From Blastocatellia bacterium (GTDB taxonomy: Bacteria > Acidobacteriota > Blastocatellia > RBC074), in the NCBI GenBank assembly GCA_043736395.1, contig JAYTCQ010000402.1, positions 1 to 61,273 of the forward strand: 61,273 nucleotides of DNA. The letters run 5' to 3'. The position numbers were made by a program, and so were the translations under genes. Of this stretch, positions 53,018 to 61,273 are shown one piece after another. The number at the start of each line of letters is the position of its first letter. The first letter of the stretch is position 1. The notes under the pieces are model-generated. The model saw only the letters and a program-made list of their open reading frames with translations, had not been told where the DNA came from and did no database searches.

Positions 53018-53063
53018 GATAAACCTTCCTCAGTGAAACAGTAATAAAGGTGGTAAGAAATAA

Positions 53064-53148
<85 letters not shown>

Positions 53149-53315
53149 ACAACCAAACGAAAAGGCTAACAAATTTCCTGTTTGTGTGCAACGCTTAGCT
53201 GGTGAGCTGAGCAAATCATTAGCTTTATTGCTGCCCGCAAGCGGCTCTCGCATAAACTACTCTCACAATGATAAGATAAATCCACTCAAAATAATTATTT
53301 GAATGGGAAAGAGTT

Positions 53316-53768
53316 GTGATGGATAAAGAGAAAGAAATATTTTTGAATCATTTGAAAAAAGAAGGATTCAAAAAAACTTTGCAGCGCGAAAAAATACTAG
53401 AAGTCTTTTTGCGAACAGAAGGACATTCCAGCGCTGAGGATTTGTATAGTCTGGTGAAAGCTGATGATCCAACGGTAGGATTTACAACTGTTTATCGTAC
53501 GCTTAAACTTTTGACAGAATGTGGCTTAGCGCGACAAGAGCGCTTCGCCGATGGGTATACTCGCTACGAACACAGTTATAATCATCAACATCACGATCAC
53601 TTAATTTGTACAAGTTGTGGAAATTTGATTGAATTTTATAGCGAAATTATTGAAAATAAACAGGATGAAATTGCACGAAAATTTAAATTCCAACCTTCTC
53701 ACCACAGCCTGAGAATTTTTGGAATTTGTTTTGAATGTCAGGCCAATCATCAGGCCGTTGCCAGTTAA
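53316..53768 (+). CDS. Fur-family transcriptional regulator
   Basis: QR..IL, H.SAE, TVYRTL, HHDHLIC..CG, C-terminal C..C. Confidence 0.92.
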   Translation: MMDKEKEIFLNHLKKEGFKKTLQREKILEVFLRTEGHSSAEDLYSLVKADDPTVGFTTVYRTLKLLTECGLARQERFADGYTRYEHSYNHQHHDHLICTSCGNLIEFYSEIIENKQDEIARKFKFQPSHHSLRIFGICFECQANHQAVAS

Positions 53769-53774
53769 GATCCA

Positions 53775-54218
53775 ATGTCAAAAAAAAATCAACCAGCCTT
53801 TATCATTACCATCATTATTTCAGTTTGTTTTTCCTGGGCTTGCACGACATCAAATACTAATGTCAGCACGAATTCAAATTCAAGCACCAGTTCAGAAGTT
53901 TCTCCTACAGTTGCTAACTCATCAGTGATAAATGACGTTGAGCCGGTGATGCCGGAGAAAGCACAGGCAGTTTATGACCAAAGTTGTAAATCCTGTCACG
54001 GGCCTGACGGACATGGGATCAATGCGGTGGCTCCAGACTTACGTTCGGCACCGCGCCGTTCAATCGAAGATTGGACAAAATATTTGAAGAATCCAAAAAG
54101 TTTACAACCTGAGTCCAAGATGCCCGCAATTGCAAATTTAGAAGACAAAGATTATGAAGCTATCTCTGCTTATCTGGCTGATGTGACACAAAATAATTCA
54201 CCTGCAAGTAAAAAATAA
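53775..54218 (+). CDS. Monoheme c-type cytochrome lipoprotein
   Basis: Lipobox-like SWAC, Ser/Thr/Asn linker, CKSCH heme motif, distal SKMP methionine. Confidence 0.85.
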   Translation: MSKKNQPAFIITIIISVCFSWACTTSNTNVSTNSNSSTSSEVSPTVANSSVINDVEPVMPEKAQAVYDQSCKSCHGPDGHGINAVAPDLRSAPRRSIEDWTKYLKNPKSLQPESKMPAIANLEDKDYEAISAYLADVTQNNSPASKK

Positions 54219-54339
54219 AATCATCCTTCATTTAACCTAAAATAAAATCAAAATGACCTGTTTTCTTTCAAGAATTCGGTCAAATTGAACAGAGCACAGA
54301 GTTATCATTAAACCGTCATAATCTCTCTTCACTATCACA

Positions 54340-54369
54340 TTGACAATGCTCCGCGTGAAGTGCTAATTT
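54340..54369 (+). promoter_or_regulatory. Putative sigma70 promoter of the TPR gene
   Basis: TTGACA-18 bp-TAATTT with extended TG. Confidence 0.5.
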
Positions 54370-54446
54370 AGCCTCGTTGGTCCCCTTCGCCTGTCCCCGC
54401 TAGATTTCAACCCACCTCATTACCTCAATCAGAGTAGGCAGATTCG

Positions 54447-56897
54447 ATGTCGTTCAATAAAGCCAAAGCATTAAAAGCCGCCTCTAAGTATGTCCAGCAG
54501 GGCAAATATCAATCTGCCATTGAGGAATACCGTCAGATCGCGGAAGCAGATCCTTCTGACGTGACAACTCTTAATACTTTAGGGGATTTATACGTCAAGG
54601 TAGGGCAAACCAGTGAAGCTATTCATAGCTTCATGCACATTGCTGATCATTATCGCAACAGTGGATTTTATCTCAAAGCTATCGCGATGCTCAAAAAAGT
54701 GAGCAAGGTTGCGCCTAATAATGTTGAGGTTTCTCTGTTGCTGGCAGGCCTTTATGCACAACAAAAGTTAATTGTTGACGCACGCCATCAATATTTAAGT
54801 GTTGCTGAGTATTATGTTCGCGAAGGCAATTCGCAGGAAGCCTTACATATTTACCAAAAGATTGCTGACCTTGACCCGGAAAACACTGCCATTCATGTCA
54901 AATTAGCTGAAGCTTATCAACGCGAAAATCAGCTCGACAAATCTTACGATGCCTTTGTGGTAGCGGCAGGTGAATTACGTCGACAGAATAAAGAAGCTGA
55001 AGCACTACAAACATATTTGAGAGCTATTAAGGTCAATGCGCGAGGCCAGGCAGCGTTATCTTCGGCAATCAATATTTATTTGCAGAGTAATCGTCACGCT
55101 GAAGCCGTTCAAATGTTGGAAGAGCTTTTGGCGGAACGTCCAAACGATGCTGAAACTTTAACGTTGCTCTCACGTGTTCATCAATCTGCCCATAATTTGG
55201 AAGCAGCAGAAGACACTATTAATAAAATGTTGGAATGCGCGCCCTCGCGCTACCAATACGCGGCGGATTTAGTCTTGGCATTTGTTCGACGAGAAGATGT
55301 CAGTGGAGCGCTTCGTGTTTATGATCGTTCGGTTGAGATTTTCTTTGAATACCGCGAAGAAGAAAAAGCCGCGAATTTGTTACGCGAAATTTTAGCTTTG
55401 GAGCCGCAAGAACTGAGCACACTGACTCGTTTATCGGTCGTGTATGAGCGTTCGCATGATGATCATTTATTAGTTGAAACCCTGAATTTGCTGGCAGATG
55501 CGGCAATTCAAAAAGGTCAAAAGCCTGAAGCGCTTAGTGCTCTTAAGCAGTTATTGCAGTTAGAACCTGATGAAATTCAACATCGTCGCCGTCTGCGTGA
55601 TCTGGAAGGACACTCAGATGACAATGATTTAAACGAGATTAGCTCTCACAAGATTGCCGCCGGAGGGGAATTTTGGCCGAAAGGCGATGACGAGGTTCAG
55701 CCTGTATCGTTTAGTGATCATAGTAGTAATCAAGGCGAAACGGAAAGTGATTGGGGAATCTGGGGAAATAACACTACAGACAACGTGGTAGCGAATAATC
55801 CTCAGGAATTTGTAAGTTTTGATGAGGCACCATCTTCAATCGAAGTTCAGAATTCGCACGCAAATGTGATGGAGGATTCTCCGTCTCAGTTTGAATCAAT
55901 GTCGGCTGAAACCTCATCATTGAAACTTAAAGATGAGCTTGAAAGTGTAGAATTTTATCTCAGTCAGGGAATGCTGGATGTGGCGCGTTACACGCTGGAA
56001 TCTTTATCTTCTCAGTTCCCGGATTCAATCGAAATTCAGGAAAAAACAGCTCAGCTTAATGCTGCTGAGTCAGATGGCGCTTCGTCATTTCTTAAGCCTG
56101 AAATTGGTGTTCCGGTCGAAGAGGCCTTTCAGCCGTGGAATAATGAACCGACAATAGTTTTTCCAGTCTTGCAAGCCACGGAGCTGCCACTTCCCACTAA
56201 TCCTTCTGAGTGGGGCAATAATCTGGATATATTAGACGGTAAGGTTGAGTATCAACCGTCATCCAACCTTGGCACACCAATCGAGCAGGAAGGTTCAATC
56301 ATTGTCCTCTCGTCAGAATCATCAACAATTCGGCAACAACTTGCCGTAGAACCAGCTAATAGCTGGGTCACACCTCAACCCGTAGTGGTACCTCAGGAAG
56401 CAGTTGCCTCTCCAGTGCTTGATTTGTTTGTGGGCGAAGAAATGGGCGAAATGCTCGATTTTCTTGATGAATTTAAGAATGAATCAGAACAGGAAGAGAT
56501 CGTTGAGGATTTTGAAACCCATTACAACCTTGGCATGGCTTATAAGGAAATGGACATGTTTGATGATGCTATTGAAGAGTATCAACAAGCCTTTAAAGCT
56601 GTGATGTCTAATCAGATGAATCCAAGTTATGTGGCGTGTTGTAGCATGTTGGGCTATTGCTTTTCACAAAAAGGCTTGCCGCGTCTGGCAGTCGTATGGT
56701 TGAAAAAAGGATTAGAATCGCCAGGGCGCGAAGAACAGGTTTATCAAGCATTACGTTACGATTTAGCTGTTGCTTATGAAGCCATGGGTGAATTACAAAA
56801 CGCGTATGATGCATTTGCTGAAGTTTATGCAATGGACGTTCAGTATCGAAGCGTAAAAGTTAAAATGCAGGAAGTAGCCCAGCAACTTGGAAATTAA
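54447..56897 (+). CDS. Large TPR protein with an acidic linker and C-terminal TPRs
   Basis: Repeated TPR helices at about aa 1-390; ETHYNLGMAYKEM...AIEEYQ and RYDLA.AYE at the C-terminus. Confidence 0.85.
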   Translation: MSFNKAKALKAASKYVQQGKYQSAIEEYRQIAEADPSDVTTLNTLGDLYVKVGQTSEAIHSFMHIADHYRNSGFYLKAIAMLKKVSKVAPNNVEVSLLLAGLYAQQKLIVDARHQYLSVAEYYVREGNSQEALHIYQKIADLDPENTAIHVKLAEAYQRENQLDKSYDAFVVAAGELRRQNKEAEALQTYLRAIKVNARGQAALSSAINIYLQSNRHAEAVQMLEELLAERPNDAETLTLLSRVHQSAHNLEAAEDTINKMLECAPSRYQYAADLVLAFVRREDVSGALRVYDRSVEIFFEYREEEKAANLLREILALEPQELSTLTRLSVVYERSHDDHLLVETLNLLADAAIQKGQKPEALSALKQLLQLEPDEIQHRRRLRDLEGHSDDNDLNEISSHKIAAGGEFWPKGDDEVQPVSFSDHSSNQGETESDWGIWGNNTTDNVVANNPQEFVSFDEAPSSIEVQNSHANVMEDSPSQFESMSAETSSLKLKDELESVEFYLSQGMLDVARYTLESLSSQFPDSIEIQEKTAQLNAAESDGASSFLKPEIGVPVEEAFQPWNNEPTIVFPVLQATELPLPTNPSEWGNNLDILDGKVEYQPSSNLGTPIEQEGSIIVLSSESSTIRQQLAVEPANSWVTPQPVVVPQEAVASPVLDLFVGEEMGEMLDFLDEFKNESEQEEIVEDFETHYNLGMAYKEMDMFDDAIEEYQQAFKAVMSNQMNPSYVACCSMLGYCFSQKGLPRLAVVWLKKGLESPGREEQVYQALRYDLAVAYEAMGELQNAYDAFAEVYAMDVQYRSVKVKMQEVAQQLGN

Positions 56898-56930
56898 AAA
56901 AAAGAGCAGAAAACTTCTGCTCTTTTTTTT
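56895..56930. terminator. Bidirectional intrinsic terminator
   Basis: A8-GAGCAGAA-AAC-TTCTGCTC-T8. Confidence 0.9.
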
Positions 56931-56950
56931 AATTAATTTTCTTTCACACC

Positions 56951-57658
56951 TTATTTTTTCTTAATGTGAATGCTACCTTCCTGAGTCCATAAAGTGACTT
57001 TCGCACCACTTGATCCAACAAAACCATTCACAAATTGAGAAGTCTGTTTTTGGAGAGTTAATTGAAAATCTCCAGGATTAATTTCAATTCCTCCACGAAC
57101 CGATGTCGCTTCCAAAATGAATTTTGCTTCAGCGGGCAAGGTTGCATCAACTCGGCCAGAAAAAGATTTTAAGAAATAATTGCCGCTTGGCGAAATATCT
57201 CCATCATAGCTGACATTACCACTCATACTACGAGCTTCAACTCTGGGACTTCGAATTCCCGTTAGTTGGATATTTCCTTCGGTTGTACTGGTCACAATAC
57301 CACCACGCAAGCCTCTTACTGTTACGCTACATTTCAAGCAGACTATATTAATTGAAGTACTGGCAGGAACGCCGATCATAAGTTCAACCGGAGTGTCATT
57401 TGTGACTTCAACCCTAACTTTGCCTTGTTGAGAAATTTGTGAGGCATTAATTGTAGCCTGACTGCGCCGTGCCGACACCTGAATAGAATTTCCTTCTGCC
57501 GGAATAACTGTTACAGAGCCTGATTTAGTAATAACCTCTAATGAACCTGAGTCAGGTAAAACTTTGAAAGATTTATTAAAATCCTGCGCCATTAAAGGGT
57601 AGCTCATGATAGAAAAAAACAGCACGAAAACAAATTTTAGAGGAGCGATAAACTTCAT
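56951..57658 (-). CDS. Exported DUF4097 (beta-strand repeat, adhesin-like) protein
   Basis: Repeated T/S-x-x-G-x-I/V motifs; signal peptide. Confidence 0.75.
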   Translation of the reverse strand: MKFIAPLKFVFVLFFSIMSYPLMAQDFNKSFKVLPDSGSLEVITKSGSVTVIPAEGNSIQVSARRSQATINASQISQQGKVRVEVTNDTPVELMIGVPASTSINIVCLKCSVTVRGLRGGIVTSTTEGNIQLTGIRSPRVEARSMSGNVSYDGDISPSGNYFLKSFSGRVDATLPAEAKFILEATSVRGGIEINPGDFQLTLQKQTSQFVNGFVGSSGAKVTLWTQEGSIHIKKK

Positions 57659-57665
57659 AATCTCC

Positions 57666-58316
57666 TTATTTAAAATTCTCAAAATCTTCCATCAACCGGA
57701 GTTTCTCATCATAAAGATCAAGCAGACGTTTTTCCTGATCTAAGTCTTCTCTCACAGCTAAGACCTGACGCGCTTGTCCCATTGACTGATCAATTTTGTT
57801 AAGATGGTTTTGATAAATTTCTCTCGTTTGAGGAGACCAGGAAGCGCTTCGGGAATTTAGCCTTTGAGCCTTTTGTTGCAGCATGCCGTCTAATTTTTCA
57901 ACCACCACGTTTGCTGCCGCACCCATTGAAATAGGGGTCGGAGTGGTTTGAATTGCTTTGTAGCTCACAAATGCAACTAATGAAAAAGCCAGCGCTCCGG
58001 CGCCTGCCAATTGAGGCATATTAAAAGTAAAAGTTTTTTGGCTCCAGCGTTTCCACCAGCCTGTTTTTTCTACTTCTGCTGTTAGGGCAGGAATCGTTTC
58101 GATCTCAATTTCGTTTTGTATTCGTGCCCATAGCGCCTTAGTTGGGGTGTGGAGTGGAAGCTCTTTAGCAGCAATACTAATGTTTGCCAAATCTAACTTA
58201 TAAGCCTGGCAGGGAGAGCATTGGTTAAGATGTAAATCAATCGGTTCTGATTGGATGTTAGTCAATGAACCATCAAGATATTCAGATAGTGAGTCAATCA
58301 CACTGCGACATTCCAT
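57666..58316 (-). CDS. zf-HC2 anti-sigma factor
   Basis: MEC...LSEYLDG.L...HL..C..C, TM segment; directly after the ECF sigma. Confidence 0.85.
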   Translation of the reverse strand: MECRSVIDSLSEYLDGSLTNIQSEPIDLHLNQCSPCQAYKLDLANISIAAKELPLHTPTKALWARIQNEIEIETIPALTAEVEKTGWWKRWSQKTFTFNMPQLAGAGALAFSLVAFVSYKAIQTTPTPISMGAAANVVVEKLDGMLQQKAQRLNSRSASWSPQTREIYQNHLNKIDQSMGQARQVLAVREDLDQEKRLLDLYDEKLRLMEDFENFK

Positions 58317-58426
58317 AAAAATCCTCTCTCAATTACACTTCATTGATGTCGGTGTAAAATATTATAGTTACAGCTAATCTATTAAAATCTGACTAGCTCC
58401 GGGTTAATTGCAATAGTTATAACTTG

Positions 58427-59050
58427 TTAATTCTTTTTGTTAAGTAAACCGCGTAACTTGAGGCGCGCTTTATGAAGCTGAGACTTAGAGGTTCCAACAC
58501 TACAACCAAGTATTTTACCTACCTCTTCATGCTCGTAACCCTCAACATCATGCAGAATAAATACTGACCGATAGCCAGGTGGTAATTGTGCAATTGCGTG
58601 ATCAAGGGCGATCCGATCTACCACTGGCATAGCGTGTGGGCGTTCAGTTCCGGCCTGCACCACATCAACCATTTCGCCCTCTTCCGTGGTGTGTTCAACC
58701 TTCACGCCTTTCTTGCGAAAGTGCATTAAAACCTGATTCACTGTCAGGCGGTGAAGCCAAGTCGTGAATTGAGATTCCCCACGAAAGCTGCTTAATTTGC
58801 GAAAGAGCTGAACGAATACTTCCTGTGTTAAATCTTCAGCTTCAGTGGCATTTGCCAACATCCGCAAACATAGACTGTACACGCGACGATGGTGTCGTTC
58901 GTAAAGTGTCTCGAACGCCTCCATGTCTCCATTTGCTGCTGCCTGAGTTAATGCAAAATCAGGTGCGAGAGTGTTTGTTGCTTGAGCCATTCTGTAAAAT
59001 GCTTGCCCTTGAAAAGTTACATGATTGGCTTTCATCACAATTGCTGACAT
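58427..59050 (-). CDS. ECF RNA polymerase sigma factor
   Basis: [38 protein letters not shown]; start uncertain. Confidence 0.92.
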   Translation of the reverse strand: MSAIVMKANHVTFQGQAFYRMAQATNTLAPDFALTQAAANGDMEAFETLYERHHRRVYSLCLRMLANATEAEDLTQEVFVQLFRKLSSFRGESQFTTWLHRLTVNQVLMHFRKKGVKVEHTTEEGEMVDVVQAGTERPHAMPVVDRIALDHAIAQLPPGYRSVFILHDVEGYEHEEVGKILGCSVGTSKSQLHKARLKLRGLLNKKN

Positions 59051-59416
59051 AAAAGAAGTTTCCTTGCAAATTACTGATAGTCCAACCCTTTCCAGCAACT
59101 AACACAAAACTTTTACGTCCTTTGTGATGCAACCAACTCAGAAGCGGTTGCTTCATTTATCACAATTTTTTGTTGTGACATTAATATTAAATTATATCAT
59201 AGCCCACCCAAACGGAAAGCCCAACGTAAAGTGTTTTAAAGCAATACGATCAATTGAATTCAGTTTATGACAGCACAATAAGAATTTGCTAAAAAGTAAA
59301 CGAAAAGTCAGCTTACCGAAAACAGAAAATGTATGATTGTGCTTGATTCGACAGCACATAAACAGGTATTAATATGATTACTTCTCACCAATAAAAAATA
59401 TAAGGAATATTATTTC

Positions 59417-60313
59417 ATGAAACGCAAGCTATTAATGATGATGATTGGCGCAGTGTTGACGGTTAGCTGCGATAACTCTAATTCTGATAAGACAGAAAAT
59501 ACAAAACCATCAGTAGCGGCAACGACAGCAGCTTCAGTTGCTAAAACTGCCAGGAAATATCAAGCCGAACTTATAACAGTTCCTGCGGCAGTGAAGGCTA
59601 ATGAAAATGCCAAACTGACGATTAACTTAAAAAATCCAGAGGGCGAAGCTGTCAAAGATTTACAGATTGCCCACGAAAAAATAATGCATTTGTTGGTTGT
59701 TTCGAAAGACCTGAGTGAATTTTATCATCTTCATCCTGACGCTCAGCCGGATGGCTCTTTAATGGTGAAGCATAAGTTTCCAAACGGCGGAGATTACAAA
59801 TTGTTCGCTGATTTTACCCCGGCAAATGCTGAGCAGACTGTCGCTTCCATAGATTTAAAAGTCGCCGGGAAAGAACGTAAACCTGAGCGCACGGTTATTG
59901 ATACTTTCTTCAGCAAAACATTAGAAAACCTAAGCGTGGTTTTAGATGCAGGTAAGGGATTAAAAGCGGGTGAAGAGTCAATGTTGACTTATAAATTGAC
60001 CGATGCAAAAACTAATAAGCCTGTCACGAATCTGCAAAAGTATCTGGGTGAAGACGCTCACTTTGTGATTGTCAGTGATGACCTGAAAGAATTTGTGCAT
60101 GCGCATCCGATGAAAGTAGAACCTGTGGCTTCACCGACTCCGGCAGCAAAACGATCAAAGGACGATATTCAGGTCAAACCTTCAACCGACATTATGGCGC
60201 ACGTAGTCTTTCCTGCGGCAGGAACCTATAAAATCTGGGCACAATTCCAACGCGCGGATAAAGTTATTACCGTTCCGTTTATCGTTAGTGTGGATGAGAG
60301 AAAAGAAAAATAA
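59417..60313 (+). CDS. Lipoprotein with two His-containing repeats, putative heavy-metal binding
   Basis: Lipobox LTVSC; MHLLVVSKDLSEFYHLHP...FP..GDYK and AHFVIVSDDLKEFVHAHP...FP..GTYK. Confidence 0.75.
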   Translation: MKRKLLMMMIGAVLTVSCDNSNSDKTENTKPSVAATTAASVAKTARKYQAELITVPAAVKANENAKLTINLKNPEGEAVKDLQIAHEKIMHLLVVSKDLSEFYHLHPDAQPDGSLMVKHKFPNGGDYKLFADFTPANAEQTVASIDLKVAGKERKPERTVIDTFFSKTLENLSVVLDAGKGLKAGEESMLTYKLTDAKTNKPVTNLQKYLGEDAHFVIVSDDLKEFVHAHPMKVEPVASPTPAAKRSKDDIQVKPSTDIMAHVVFPAAGTYKIWAQFQRADKVITVPFIVSVDERKEK

Positions 60314-60319
60314 GTAGAT

Positions 60320-60372
60320 GTTCAAAGTTCGCGCTTCAGCGTGTTAACTACATGCTGAAGCGCAATTTGAAC
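60320..60372. repeat. REP-like palindrome or terminator between convergent genes
   Basis: GTTCAAA..GCGCTTCAGCGTGT ... ACATGCTGAAGCGC..TTTGAAC. Confidence 0.7.
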
Positions 60373-60374
60373 TT

Positions 60375-61268
60375 TTATTTTCTACGAGCATAAACCCGCA
60401 TGACATCGCCGAGTCTCAGGCGAATTGTAAAATCACTTAAGCCAAATAAATTACTTATCCAAGCCAATAGGCGTGCCGTCGGTTGATGAAAACGACCCAG
60501 CCGACTAATAAATAATCTGATGCTCATGGATTTACCGGCAGAGCTGAGTTTGACGATTTCAAAACCATTGTCAATAAGGCTTTTCGTGACTGTTTGAGGG
60601 GTGAAAAAAAATAAATGATCGGGGATAAATTGTCGCCAACGTTTGCCGAGAACTTCGTACCAGAAATTAGAAATGTTGGGCGTTTCAACGATTAACCAAC
60701 CGTTCGGTTTTAAAATGCGATGAATTTCCGCTAGTAATTTTACGGGACTAGAAACGTGTTCGATGACGTGGTAGAGAGCGATACAATCGAATTTCTCTGC
60801 CGGAAAATTTGCTTCAAAAAGGGAGCCATTGAAGCAATTCAATTGGCGCGATTTGGCAACCGCGCAACTATGCACATCCGCTTCAATTCCATTCACTTGA
60901 AATGATGGATTGGCAGCCATTAAAAATTCACCTGTAGAACAGCCGATCTCAAGCAATAATCCTGATTGCAAAGACGTAATTTTTTTTAATTCATTGAAGC
61001 GTTCGTGAGCTGTAATTTCACGCCATTTCTGTTCAGATTCTTCGACGTGTGGCTCAACTAGTTGAAGTTCTAACGCACGCGAAGCTAATCGCTCCATTTC
61101 AAGATTGATAGGTTGTGCCTTAATTATTTCCGGTTGAGGAAGAACGACAAAATATAGCCCACAGCTTTCACAGCAAAATAAATCCCCATCCAAACGCGGC
61201 GTGGAAAGCACAAATCTATGCGCGCCGGAGCCGCATAAATCACACAAGATTTGACGAGTTGAATTCAA
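60375..61268 (-). CDS. Class I SAM-dependent methyltransferase with N-terminal CxxC pairs
   Basis: CDLC...CESC, LLEIGCSTG, HVIEH, LKPNG, TPN, PDHL..F. Confidence 0.85.
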   Translation of the reverse strand: MNSTRQILCDLCGSGAHRFVLSTPRLDGDLFCCESCGLYFVVLPQPEIIKAQPINLEMERLASRALELQLVEPHVEESEQKWREITAHERFNELKKITSLQSGLLLEIGCSTGEFLMAANPSFQVNGIEADVHSCAVAKSRQLNCFNGSLFEANFPAEKFDCIALYHVIEHVSSPVKLLAEIHRILKPNGWLIVETPNISNFWYEVLGKRWRQFIPDHLFFFTPQTVTKSLIDNGFEIVKLSSAGKSMSIRLFISRLGRFHQPTARLLAWISNLFGLSDFTIRLRLGDVMRVYARRK

Positions 61269-61273
61269 TGAAT

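Overview
A 61 kb, mostly core-genome bacterial window. Gene content (VWA lipoprotein, FecR-like exported protein, DUF4097/zf-HC2/ECF sigma cluster, AroD-AroE fusion, Hfq-like gene after ftsZ) suggests Acidobacteriota, probably Blastocatellia; this is an inference. It holds a near-complete dcw cluster (mraZ to ftsZ, with MraZ boxes, lacking murB and ddl), tmRNA (tag ANTELAMAA), tRNA-Leu(TAG)-tig-clpP, murI-rph, carA, hom, pdxA, lepB, a VapBC-type TA pair and decayed IS fragments at the left end. The most unusual observations are: (1) the gene in the clpX position after clpP encodes only two tandem ClpX-type C4 zinc-binding domains with no ATPase; (2) a co-oriented run of Ser/Thr kinase(SH3b), FhaA-like, MoxR, DUF58 and a membrane-anchored serpin; (3) a LysA-like decarboxylase whose motifs look closer to D-ornithine/D-lysine decarboxylase, upstream of an APC permease; (4) a 10-bp tandem repeat in the 5' coding end of an ArnT-like glycosyltransferase; (5) many different short-repeat hairpins and REP-like palindromes at gene junctions; (6) a long, possibly structured leader before the Hfq-like gene. 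No searches were run; all family calls come from motif recognition.
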